Origin: a virus
Taxonomy: Duplodnaviria; Caudoviricetes
Length of the DNA: 55,548 nucleotides
IMG/VR virus record: IMGVR_UViG_3300038466_000036
Span: 1 to 55,548 of that record
Strand: one strand, 5' to 3'
Below are positions 46,663 to 55,548 of this stretch, piece after piece (within the stretch, counting starts at the first letter, position 1; each line of letters opens with the position of its first letter). The notes below the pieces were generated by a model, which made no database searches, was not told the DNA's origin, and was given only the letters and a program-made list of their open reading frames with translations. The translations under genes were made by a program, and so were the position numbers.

Positions 46663-49600
46663 TTATGCCGTTGGATACGGTACAACTTGAATGGTCGTTG
46701 AGGTTAGTGCTCTTCCTATTCGTCTGGCATCAGTCCCAGGCCCAGCCACAACAAATCCATCGTCATCCACGTAATAAAAATCTCCAGGTGTCAATCCTGT
46801 ATAATGGGCCGCTGTTCCTCCAGGTATAATTACATCAACATCACTACCAGATGCGGCAGCGGTATTCGCTATACCAATCCAATTATCAGGATCTCCATAT
46901 CCGCCCAACCCGGATGTTACATCGGCATACAATAACACATTAGCAACAGGATAGTTATTTTTTATGTGCGCCGTTATATAAGAATAGTCTGAAGTGACGC
47001 TATCATCATCACAATAAGTTATGCTACAATTAGTATCTTTTCCATAAGATATTCTGTACTCGGCTCCATTGGCTGCGAGTACTCCTGCGTATGTTGTAAA
47101 TTTTCTAACAAATGTTTCTCCTGTAAGTACAGTATACGTCACTATAAGCTGATCGTTAGCGGTATCAATACCTATCGATGTACTGATAGACACCTCGTCC
47201 GAAACTTTAACAGCCGATGCAAAATCATATTGAGCGCCAACATAAGTACATATATTTATATATGTTCCTATATTACCATGATTACATCCCCAAGCCACAA
47301 TCATACTATTGGATGTATAATAAGCCGCACTTAAACCGAAAACATTTACCGCGCTTGTTGGACTGGCTCCGTAATAAAATAATTTCGATGGATTGAATTC
47401 GGCATTCGAAACTGATATAGATCCAGATGATAATGTAATTGTATAATGTACAAAAGTCGACAAACCTACGTATTTAACGATCGCAGCGAATTTTGCCGAT
47501 TCCGGATCTACATAATTTCTTATTTTAGATACAGCCGCACTATCTACTATAAGACCACCCCCCACAGGTCCATACATCCATTCCCCGTCTATGGATGTAA
47601 GGGTTGTATCCAATTCCGATACTGCATACCTATAAATATAAGCAGCAGTTGCTGATTGGTAGCCAGCATTAAAATGATCAGAATAGCTTCCAAGGAAAAA
47701 AATAAATCTATTTGTTGTATCAACAGCAGTTCCACGACAACCGACTTGGTAGGCTAAAAACCCCCAAGTACAAAATGTAGGATTAGCAGAGGCGGCGGAC
47801 CATTTTACTAAACGAAATGCGGTAGAACTGCTATGAGAAGAATAGTTATGATATGAAAAACACTGGAGCATTCTTTGATCAGATATTGGTATATCAAATA
47901 TCGTCGGCGCGCCGTAAGAAACATCAATAGAAGTCGCGCCGGTAGCTACGGCGGTACTCAATGAAATATCTTTGGCGACAGGATCAACCACCCCCCAACT
48001 ATTCCACGCTGCTCCAGTTGCAGATAAATTCCATGAAAATATAGCTCTGTCGTATCCGGTACTGTTTGCTCCGACATGCGTGGTTTTGACAGAAGTGGAT
48101 GGTGTGTTATATATAGGTATATCAGTGTAGCCCTGTGCTTTTTCAACAACACCATCAGATCCGCCGAGCAAACAAACCACGTCTCCGGCAACTATATTTC
48201 CGTATGCCTCAAAGGTAAATATATTACCACCAGAGGGTAGTCCGTTTATATCTCCTAAAAAAGTAATATCTTTATTTATGATTACTTGTTGAACTGCACC
48301 ATCAACAGTAATATAATTACTCATAGAGCCAGCAATCGGATCCCATCCTTGTATATAAATATTATTCGGTGTAACTCTACTTCCAGTAATATAAAAATCA
48401 GTTCCGTCTGAATAAGCGTAACCTTCGCCCACATCTCCCCAAATCATTTCTGAAAGGGTTGCTATACGGTTATTTCTTGGAAGTAAAAACTCATCCGCGA
48501 TTACGTCGACAACAGCATATGCGCGCATTTGCATATTAGTTGAATCATAACCAAGTATATAAATCTTATTAGAAACGTCATGACTTCCAGTAATATAAAA
48601 ATCGGTCCCGTCTGTATACAAATAACCTGCGGCATAATCACCAATTCTAATTTCAGAAGTGTCTGGAATCCAAGAAAATCCATCTTCCACATAAAGATCT
48701 TTGGATATACCAAGTTCAACTCTTGCCTTATCCGCATCTAAAACGAGTATATCTTGAAGGGAACTTGTATATACACTTACGGTCATGTTATGGGTTTTAA
48801 TATAAAAATCATTCGTTGGGGATATTGCATTATTCATTTCCAAATAAATATCTGTTCCATCTGAGTACAAAGCTCCATCATAAATAGGGGCTATAGCACT
48901 ATGACCCAATGTTATTTTTTTATTATCAAACATAGCTAAAGTAGTAGACGTTAAATTTAATAACTCGGTAGCATTGAATTTAAATGCCAGTGCCGTAGAC
49001 ACCCCAGGAGGAGTCGTACCGGTAAAATCTATATTTAAAAATTTAACTACCGGCGGACCACTTTCGGTCGACCATAATAACCGCAATTCGGTTTCCGGGT
49101 TGGATATATAAACCCGACCATTTGTATCTAACATCTCTATTTCAGCTATTGAATACCCATCCCAGACATTTTTTATTAAATAACTACGAGTATCCGTTCC
49201 AAAAGCCATATTATCGTTCGAATTTGTTATCTTAATTGAGTCATAAACTGACAATGTAGCGGCAGTAGTATCCGCAGGATCAACCCACGGAGATGATCTT
49301 ACAATATCATTGAATTTCATATAAACAGTATTTGTGTTGTTCTCAATAAAATGAACCCATGATTCGTAATCAAATTTAACCTCAAATCTCATTTGTGGAT
49401 TATTGTTATACGCATAGTCCAAATCATTGTAATATTTCATTGATATATAATTGGTTCCGGTTTTGGTCTGATCTCCAAAAATCAATTCGGCGTTTTCCGG
49501 AATATATGTGGAACTATATCCAAACTCGCCCTTTGGACCGTAATCGTCATTACAATGGATAGTCCATGCGGCAAGCCCGGTTTCCAGAATGTCGTATATA

Positions 49601-50349
49601 AAGGTAGTATATGAGTAAGGAGTTGATATACCAACGCTATAACTGTCTGTGGTAACACCTTCGATTGTATATGTCGCAGTACCCGAAACTTTTATATAAT
49701 ATGATCCATTGTTATATATTCTGAACTTATCTCCAAGAACAGGAGTATTCGGCGCAGTCAATGTATATCCATCGGCATTTACCACAACCAGTTCACCATT
49801 AAGAATTGCCGCGTCAGGAGTGGCTTTATACTCAGGGGTAAAATCTTTGTTCTCGTATGTTCTGTTAAACCATCTATTACCTTTTACCTGTACAACAATC
49901 CACGATGCGTTTCCAGAATGGTATCCATAATAAACCATATAACAAACAGGCTGATTAACCGATACCGCGTTTAACAAAGTAACATTCGATAATGCGTTGT
50001 TAATCCTTACTCCACCACTTAGTAATCTTACAGTTCCGGAAGTGTTTGTAACTACAATTCGGAAAGAACCGCCAACTACTCCGGTAGGAAGAGTAATATC
50101 AAATGTTCCGCTGGGTATTAAAGCGGTTGTACCATATATAGCTGTAAATGTAGTAGTATAACTTTTGATTGCATAGTTTGGAGCAACATCCAGATTACCG
50201 ATTCGGTTACCACCTTCTGTAACTCCATCCCCAACAAAAAATCTGTCTGTATCCTTTGAGTATGCCGGTTCTCCAAACGCCAGAAGGTGATCTCTAATAT
50301 TTGCTTCATATTCACTTCTCTTAAGTTTTATAAGAATAGGATCTGACAT
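46663..50349 (-). CDS. tail fibre / receptor-binding protein
   Basis: Mtd/hyaluronidase-type N-terminus (LAFGEPAYSKDTDRFFVGDG), repeated G.LY(S/T)DGTD(F/I)Y and the C-terminal GLTPGDFYYV..IGRAL. Confidence 0.8.
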   Translation of the reverse strand: MSDPILIKLKRSEYEANIRDHLLAFGEPAYSKDTDRFFVGDGVTEGGNRIGNLDVAPNYAIKSYTTTFTAIYGTTALIPSGTFDITLPTGVVGGSFRIVVTNTSGTVRLLSGGVRINNALSNVTLLNAVSVNQPVCYMVYYGYHSGNASWIVVQVKGNRWFNRTYENKDFTPEYKATPDAAILNGELVVVNADGYTLTAPNTPVLGDKFRIYNNGSYYIKVSGTATYTIEGVTTDSYSVGISTPYSYTTFIYDILETGLAAWTIHCNDDYGPKGEFGYSSTYIPENAELIFGDQTKTGTNYISMKYYNDLDYAYNNNPQMRFEVKFDYESWVHFIENNTNTVYMKFNDIVRSSPWVDPADTTAATLSVYDSIKITNSNDNMAFGTDTRSYLIKNVWDGYSIAEIEMLDTNGRVYISNPETELRLLWSTESGPPVVKFLNIDFTGTTPPGVSTALAFKFNATELLNLTSTTLAMFDNKKITLGHSAIAPIYDGALYSDGTDIYLEMNNAISPTNDFYIKTHNMTVSVYTSSLQDILVLDADKARVELGISKDLYVEDGFSWIPDTSEIRIGDYAAGYLYTDGTDFYITGSHDVSNKIYILGYDSTNMQMRAYAVVDVIADEFLLPRNNRIATLSEMIWGDVGEGYAYSDGTDFYITGSRVTPNNIYIQGWDPIAGSMSNYITVDGAVQQVIINKDITFLGDINGLPSGGNIFTFEAYGNIVAGDVVCLLGGSDGVVEKAQGYTDIPIYNTPSTSVKTTHVGANSTGYDRAIFSWNLSATGAAWNSWGVVDPVAKDISLSTAVATGATSIDVSYGAPTIFDIPISDQRMLQCFSYHNYSSHSSSTAFRLVKWSAASANPTFCTWGFLAYQVGCRGTAVDTTNRFIFFLGSYSDHFNAGYQSATAAYIYRYAVSELDTTLTSIDGEWMYGPVGGGLIVDSAAVSKIRNYVDPESAKFAAIVKYVGLSTFVHYTITLSSGSISVSNAEFNPSKLFYYGASPTSAVNVFGLSAAYYTSNSMIVAWGCNHGNIGTYINICTYVGAQYDFASAVKVSDEVSISTSIGIDTANDQLIVTYTVLTGETFVRKFTTYAGVLAANGAEYRISYGKDTNCSITYCDDDSVTSDYSYITAHIKNNYPVANVLLYADVTSGLGGYGDPDNWIGIANTAAASGSDVDVIIPGGTAAHYTGLTPGDFYYVDDDGFVVAGPGTDARRIGRALTSTTIQVVPYPTA

Positions 50350-50395
50350 TATATATTTACCTCCTCATTTCCATTATAGAAATAGTTAGTTGTCA

Positions 50396-50950
50396 TTAAA
50401 TAACTCCTCCGTCAACCTCTATACCTACTCCATAAAATAAACGGTCTTTGACATCTGTGTGCCAGTCGTCATAAGATACGATTCCTCCATCAACCATCGT
50501 TATACCATATCTTCCAAGAATACAAATATACTCTCTGTATTCTTCAACTTTGGCTTCTGTGGCAAGACAAACATATGCGTCCTGATCTCCTATGGTAGGA
50601 TTATAATATACAATCACGTATACATCGTGTGTTCCGTCCGCAGTATATCTTGCGTCCCCAGGAACGATATAATGAGTATCATCGGTAACACTTAATGCGG
50701 TGGTACTGGTAATTTCAATCAAAATACCATTTATAGCACACTTGCCTGTATTTACGGTGACATCAAATGTATTTACAGTTACGTTTAACCAATTTGCACC
50801 AGCTACAACATAACCCTTAAAATCCAAAGCGGTAGGTACTGTGGAAGGATCTCCTATCCTGCTTAACAATACTCTTTTAGCGTTATCCACTCCATTGGAT
50901 GAAAATGGTTCAATCATATACTCTTGAGGCGGCATGGTAATAGGAGCCAT
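50396..50950 (-). CDS. putative virion structural protein, paralog of 50953..51510
   Basis: Shares a PPQE N-terminus, TG.C.I and a terminal E-[VI]-DGG-x-I. Confidence 0.65.
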   Translation of the reverse strand: MAPITMPPQEYMIEPFSSNGVDNAKRVLLSRIGDPSTVPTALDFKGYVVAGANWLNVTVNTFDVTVNTGKCAINGILIEITSTTALSVTDDTHYIVPGDARYTADGTHDVYVIVYYNPTIGDQDAYVCLATEAKVEEYREYICILGRYGITMVDGGIVSYDDWHTDVKDRLFYGVGIEVDGGVI

Positions 50951-50952
50951 AA

Positions 50953-51510
50953 TTAAATTTCTCCTCCGTCTATCTCGGTAACAACCTCATCCAATAATGG
51001 AGGAGTGGGTCTGGCAACTCCTCCTCCGATATCCTCGTCGGCTATAGCGTCTATTTCGTATCTTCCGGCTCCGCCATTGTAAACCACATCGGCTATACCT
51101 ATGAATATATATCTATCTGTAAATGGAGTATAATATGTAGCCGTGTCTTTTATGACTTTGAAATACGCCCTTGGCGCTGGAAACGATCTGCTATAAGTAT
51201 ATTCCAATACTATATAATATCTTCCAGCCTCATCCATAGGATTGGAATCATCAACAAAAAAATCCCCATTGGTAAAATCAATGTCGTAAACAGCATTTAT
51301 ATAAATCATGATATCATCTTTGATACATGTTCCGGTTCCGATTCTTACCGTCTTATAGTCTACAAGATTCATAGGAAAACTATATGAGGTAAATATCACA
51401 CAATCGGTAGCGCCTGAAATTGTTCTGGTCATCCTTGTAACAACAGACGACCATCTTTCCGCAGAATACTCATCCAGTGTTCTTTCCTGGGTTGGCGGAG
51501 ACAATGCCAT
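50953..51510 (-). CDS. putative virion structural protein, paralog of 50396..50950
   Basis: First gene after the late motif at 51603; ends EIDGGEI. Confidence 0.65.
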   Translation of the reverse strand: MALSPPTQERTLDEYSAERWSSVVTRMTRTISGATDCVIFTSYSFPMNLVDYKTVRIGTGTCIKDDIMIYINAVYDIDFTNGDFFVDDSNPMDEAGRYYIVLEYTYSRSFPAPRAYFKVIKDTATYYTPFTDRYIFIGIADVVYNGGAGRYEIDAIADEDIGGGVARPTPPLLDEVVTEIDGGEI

Positions 51511-51590
51511 TTTTTGTAACCTCTCTTTTTTTATTGAATTTTCTTATATTGCTGCAATTTACAGAATTTCTTCCTGGTATATAGTCCTTT

Positions 51591-51603
51591 TTAGAATTTG
51601 TCC
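51591..51603 (-). promoter_or_regulatory. putative late promoter motif GGACAAATTCTAA
   Basis: Upstream of the fibre operon. Confidence 0.65.
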
Positions 51604-51635
51604 TCATCTTAAACCGAAATTAGTTTCTTTTTTAT

Positions 51636-51649
51636 TATATATATTAAAT
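51636..51649 (+). promoter_or_regulatory. putative early promoter motif TATATATATTAAAT
   Basis: At the strand switch, upstream of the plus-strand ORF tract. Confidence 0.6.
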
Positions 51650-51735
51650 AATAGTCTTATAGTAGTACCTATACTTAAAATATAATAATATCTTTTTCTT
51701 TCTTGTTAAATTTAATACCTTATGGTTCATAAGAC

Positions 51736-52086
51736 ATGAGAGCATACCTCACGGATAATATATTATGGCACAAATTAAATTTGGTAGATTTGAATTTACG
51801 TTTGTTGGATTGTACTTTTTGTACATCTCTCGATATCATGTTTTGGTACGAAACAAACCGTTTGTATGAGTTATATAAACATGCATATATCAAATCACAA
51901 TTATTATATATCGATTTACTTTATAGCGGATTGACTACATTTACAATAAATTGGGACGATAACCTCATATTTGATTTAGAAAATACTTGTACCGGTACGT
52001 TCGGGAACTGTCAAAAATCCCGTCAGCTTACTATTATATTTGATTCAAGGATCGCATACCTTCCATGGAAAAAATCTGTTTTTTAA
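51736..52086 (+). CDS. hypothetical protein
   Basis: 116-aa ORF. Confidence 0.45.
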   Translation: MRAYLTDNILWHKLNLVDLNLRLLDCTFCTSLDIMFWYETNRLYELYKHAYIKSQLLYIDLLYSGLTTFTINWDDNLIFDLENTCTGTFGNCQKSRQLTIIFDSRIAYLPWKKSVF

Positions 52087-52148
52087 TCACAATTGCTGAA
52101 CGGCAAAAATACAAAATAATTATTTATTTTAAAATACCAACCAATAAA

Positions 52149-52459
52149 GTGACGATCTTTTCCGGATTGTGACGATTAGTGACGATACTGAAATGAATAT
52201 CGTCACCATCTAAGTTATTAATATTTATCACAAAAAGTATATAGGTGACGATAGTGACGATCTTTTTCTTATTCTATATGAAAAAAAAGAAAAGAAGATA
52301 GAAGAAAAAAATAGATGTAAAAATAGATCTAAAAGTATGTGTTTTTTATCGTCACTATCGTCACTGACTGAGTAACTTATTGTGATTACAAGAGATTTTT
52401 AAAATAAACATCGTCACTATATCGTCACTATATCGTCACCGTTAAATAAACATCGTCAC
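52149..52459. repeat. array of 12 GTGACGAT/ATCGTCAC octamers flanking an A-rich spacer; putative replication origin
   Basis: Forward copies at 52149, 52169, 52179, 52245 and 52254. Reverse copies at 52199, 52348, 52357, 52410, 52421, 52432 and 52452. Confidence 0.85.
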
Positions 52460-52499
52460 TTGGTTGGTATAATTGATCGCGGTTATATATTTTTGACTT

Positions 52500-52805
52500 A
52501 TGACACAAGAGGCATTTATGAACGCCAGAGTAAAACATAATATATTTTGGAATGCAGCTAATTATCCAATGATTCGTTTTAATTGTTTATCAAATAATAA
52601 ATATATAGTACATTCATTAAAATATTTGTATAAAATTGTTTATATGTCTGATTATAACGGATTATTTCTTCTGGATAAAACTTTATGTGTATGTATCGAA
52701 GGTTCTGAATTTGTATTAAGTGCGTTTATATCGTCCAAGTTGGAGCATCCCTTAAAAAAGATATGGTGTCTTAATTTAATGTTAGATAAGTTTCCTTTGG
52801 AATAA
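52500..52805 (+). CDS. hypothetical protein
   Basis: 101-aa ORF. Confidence 0.45.
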   Translation: MTQEAFMNARVKHNIFWNAANYPMIRFNCLSNNKYIVHSLKYLYKIVYMSDYNGLFLLDKTLCVCIEGSEFVLSAFISSKLEHPLKKIWCLNLMLDKFPLE

Positions 52806-53077
52806 TGTTACTTATCATAAAACTCCACGTAGAATATAACAATGAACTATATATGAAAATTTCGCGTAAAGCAGCTAAATCGCGGGTTTTAGATCCTCAC
52901 ACCCGCTCACTTTTAAAATTGGGTATTGGACGATGAATTCATATACAGAGGTTTATTCGGATACAGACACTTCACAAACGGCGACACTCATTTTCAGATT
53001 ATATTTAAAATGTTTTGACATATAGGGTTTACTATATATATTATTAATTAATTATTTATTAAATAGGACTGCTGACA

Positions 53078-53383
53078 ATGAAAATATTCTCTCTTACAAC
53101 CACTCTACCTACTATTTTCACGCCCCCGTTATTCAGGGAAAGATTTTTCTTTAAGGATCCCGGGTTTGGTTGTAAAACAACATGTGTAATTTTCAGAAAT
53201 TTGATATTTGATAATTCTACATATATGGATTTTATTAGTGGGTAATATTCATCTAAAAATCACTTATGTATAAAAAATAAAAGCAATGTATTTATATCTA
53301 AAACCTACGAGGTGTACAGTACAAAGGTTTATGGTAAAAAAATTGAGTGGTTAATCAATATACAAGGACACGTACTAATTTAA
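53078..53383 (+). pseudogene. about 100-codon ORF interrupted by an in-frame TAA
   Basis: MKIFSLTT...MDFISG*YSSKNHL...GHVLI*, with an AGGA SD and a promoter-motif variant at 53033. Confidence 0.4.
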
Positions 53384-53398
53384 AACTTACGAGGAGAC

Positions 53399-53682
53399 AT
53401 GATCAGGAAAACCTTATTCGAAAATATGATTCCGAATAAAAGAGTATCACATTTTTACCTGTGGCGTACAAAAAAACATGGGCGGCATCTAAAATACATT
53501 ACTTATTCTTTATCTTTAAAATATCCGTCCGCAGATATGCCCGACACACGTATTTTCCATATATATTATTGTATACCGATACAAAAATATACGCTCACAC
53601 CCTAAACTCTATGGAACCTGGATTCGTAGCGTCCTGGTCCAAAACCAGTCCCGATGTTATTTTAGAAATCGATATTTATTAA
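53399..53682 (+). pseudogene. probable frameshifted gene of about 95 codons (ORFs 53399..53605 and 53461..53682)
   Basis: GAGGAG SD at 53399. The two overlapping frames together span one unit length. Confidence 0.35.
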
Positions 53683-53716
53683 ATTTCCCATTGGTAATAT
53701 ACTAAGAAATCCACAC

Positions 53717-53977
53717 ATGAAAAAATCGGAGAATATTTATCCAATCACAATTAAGGTCTCGACTGCGATATACAAAAGGAAACCACATAAATTTATTATT
53801 TATACTATGAATTATACGACACCATTAAATATAGAATCGTCAGAATTCTTTAGAATAATAGATTGCGCAAAATGTTTACATTTATTTAATGGCGAAAAAA
53901 TATATTCTGATAAACGATTTATGATAACTCCGTTTGTCGATAGCGTCGAGCTTATATTTAGAATGTATGGAATATAA
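53717..53977 (+). CDS. hypothetical protein
   Basis: 86-aa ORF. Confidence 0.45.
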   Translation: MKKSENIYPITIKVSTAIYKRKPHKFIIYTMNYTTPLNIESSEFFRIIDCAKCLHLFNGEKIYSDKRFMITPFVDSVELIFRMYGI

Positions 53978-54178
53978 TTTTATACTCTAAAAATACCGAG
54001 GGGGTTGTAATTAAAAAATACGTTCCCAAACAAACCAAAATTATATTTCATAATAAATTCGAACATAGATATATGGAGGTTTTTATTGAGTATATACCCG
54101 GTTCTTTAAATTTGGATCCGGTTTTAGAAATGGTTAATCATAAGCTAAATCAATCCTTAGTTTATTCATGAGGTTTAT

Positions 54179-54481
54179 GTGAGAATTAGCAACATCATTT
54201 TGTTTAATACTACGATACATCATTCCAGTACCGAAAAGACTATTATTAAAAAATTCGATACGTGGTATGGTAAAAAATATTATATGTCTTTATATATGGC
54301 GAAAAATATTGAACCTCTTGTATATAAACCATCTGTTATACTTTCGCGGACATATTATAGATATAAATACCGCATGTTTTATACTTCTTCGCGTACACAC
54401 GGGCTTTCCGATCAGAATAAGATATACAATATAGGACTAACAGTTTATATTTATCCCGCCTGCAACCATGAAATTAAATGA
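54179..54481 (+). CDS. hypothetical basic Tyr-rich protein
   Basis: 100 aa, GAGGT SD, GTG start. Confidence 0.5.
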   Translation: MRISNIILFNTTIHHSSTEKTIIKKFDTWYGKKYYMSLYMAKNIEPLVYKPSVILSRTYYRYKYRMFYTSSRTHGLSDQNKIYNIGLTVYIYPACNHEIK

Positions 54482-54755
54482 TCTTTCACTTTTTAAAAAC
54501 ACATTATATCATTCCGGATTTAGAACCCCTTATTTCGGTATAAATACTAACAACAATATTCGATTTAGATATTATTTTATTACACTATCAAACATCAATA
54601 GTATAAATCAGAAAACATTTAGAAATAATCGTAAAATAAATTTATACTGTCCTATTTATAATCTACATATACATAAATTTACGATCAGAAGGGAAATTCC
54701 GGAGTTTTATTCCCTAACAATCAAATTAAAGATATCCTTAATATTGACTTATTAA
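54468..54755 (+). CDS. hypothetical basic protein
   Basis: 95 aa, overlapping the previous ORF. Confidence 0.5.
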   Translation: MKLNDLSLFKNTLYHSGFRTPYFGINTNNNIRFRYYFITLSNINSINQKTFRNNRKINLYCPIYNLHIHKFTIRREIPEFYSLTIKLKISLILTY

Positions 54756-54770
54756 TTATATGTAAAAATT

Positions 54771-55067
54771 ATGAACCATTCAGTTCCTCATAGAAGTCAT
54801 CTCACACGACACAATGTATCTAAATTAGATTTGATAAACAAAAAGATTCGATATAGGGCGATGAATTCAAATATGTTACGGTTGGATATACAAATTCATT
54901 TAATAGACTGTGAAAAAAGAGAAATATCAAAATATAAAGATTCTTATAAAAGAAATAAAATTTATTATAAATTTAGTCCGACGTGGGAACAATATAAGAT
55001 CGTAGATAGTCTACGATGTATAAACAAATATTTTACTGTCTACATGGAATTCAAGTCTTTAATATAA
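54771..55067 (+). CDS. hypothetical basic protein
   Basis: 98-aa ORF. Confidence 0.5.
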   Translation: MNHSVPHRSHLTRHNVSKLDLINKKIRYRAMNSNMLRLDIQIHLIDCEKREISKYKDSYKRNKIYYKFSPTWEQYKIVDSLRCINKYFTVYMEFKSLI

Positions 55068-55077
55068 AAAAAGAAGA

Positions 55078-55362
55078 ATGTTAACATATGGTACGCTACG
55101 ACTACATTCGGCTCAAATAGTTTTACCCGACATTGATATGATTATAAATCATAATTTAATAGGAGTATGTACAAAGATTCTAACATTTCAATTCATGGAC
55201 GACTCCTACTTATCGGGTTTCCAGACAAAAACCGAAGATCTTAGATATTGGTTTACTATTTATACAAACGGTTTCAAATATATAGAACTTCTAACACAAA
55301 AAGGCATATATATTCCATACGGAATGTGTATGGATAAATGTCAATTATCTGTATATAAATAA
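55078..55362 (+). CDS. hypothetical protein
   Basis: 94-aa ORF. Confidence 0.5.
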   Translation: MLTYGTLRLHSAQIVLPDIDMIINHNLIGVCTKILTFQFMDDSYLSGFQTKTEDLRYWFTIYTNGFKYIELLTQKGIYIPYGMCMDKCQLSVYK

Positions 55363-55370
55363 TTTTTTAT

Positions 55371-55384
55371 TATATATATTAAAT
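55371..55384 (+). promoter_or_regulatory. putative early promoter motif TATATATATTAAAT
   Basis: Exact copy, followed by hairpin gcacccg-aa-cgggtgc, an SD and an ORF. Confidence 0.6.
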
Positions 55385-55464
55385 AATAATCATTCAGTTT
55401 TATTTTTGTTGATGTTCGATTAAAACCGCACCCGAACGGGTGCAAAACCAAAAGGAGATTCAAA

Positions 55465-55548
55465 ATGAAGCAACTCGTCTTAAGGACATGCGGACCGGAT
55501 ATGACCAGCCATTCCGGCTTCAAATGGCCGGAATCCGGTCCAGTATCA
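55465..55548 (+). CDS. 3'-truncated phage protein (MKQLVLRTCGPDMTSHSGFKWPESGPV..., DUF7666-like N-terminus)
   Basis: AAGGAG SD; the frame is open to the window end. Confidence 0.6.
   Translation, partial: MKQLVLRTCGPDMTSHSGFKWPESGPVS

Noticed and set aside
46663-50349. Diversity-generating retroelement target, suggested by the Mtd-like N-terminus
   Set aside because: No reverse transcriptase and no template/variable repeat pair seen in the window; that N-terminal domain is a generic fibre anchor.
4329-50695. Numerous short antisense or alternate-frame ORFs inside long genes (e.g. 4358..4831, 16808..17167, 40000..40545, 42777..43223)
   Set aside because: Shadow ORFs of well-supported genes, with no SD or recognisable motifs.
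52149-52459. CRISPR array
   Set aside because: The repeats are only 8 bp, occur in both orientations with irregular spacing, and no cas genes are nearby.
3530-55384. Archaeal virus interpretation (TATA-box-like motif)
   Set aside because: The M23 peptidoglycan peptidase on the tape-measure-like protein and the hairpin + U-tract terminators favour a bacterial host. An archaeal host is not formally excluded.
1-55548. tRNA or rRNA genes
   Set aside because: No cloverleaf with a T-loop consensus or rRNA-like segment was recognised in the intergenic regions.

Overview
AT-rich fragment of a large, probably jumbo, tailed bacteriophage with a contractile tail. It is distantly T4-like in fold repertoire, but its gene order is not T4-like. 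Most of 3.7-51.5 kb is a minus-strand virion morphogenesis region. It encodes a gp23-like major capsid protein, large terminase, tail sheath, tail tube, a gp26-like chaperone with a probable programmed frameshift, gp25/gp6-like and other baseplate proteins, a tape-measure-like protein with a C-terminal M23 peptidase, and a fibre/receptor-binding protein. Interspersed are an SNF2 helicase, an AEP primase-polymerase-like protein, HAD and pyrophosphatase-like proteins, two probable glycosyltransferases and an acetyltransferase. Two strictly oriented intergenic motifs look like phage-specific promoter classes: GGACAAATTHTAA upstream of structural genes and TATATATATTAAAT upstream of small plus-strand cassettes. 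The most striking feature is a dispersed family of about 10 proteins with an 'MFISE-x-I-[IL]-x-E'-type N-terminus resembling the T4 capsid-targeting sequence. Many of them also carry a hydrophobic helix followed by a C-x10-12-C-x19-P module, which suggests a head-packaged, ejected membrane-protein system. An array of 12 inverted octamers near 52.3 kb looks like a replication origin and is followed by a tract of short, partly decayed ORFs. No tRNA, rRNA or CRISPR array was seen. All calls come from motif recognition by eye; no database searches were run.
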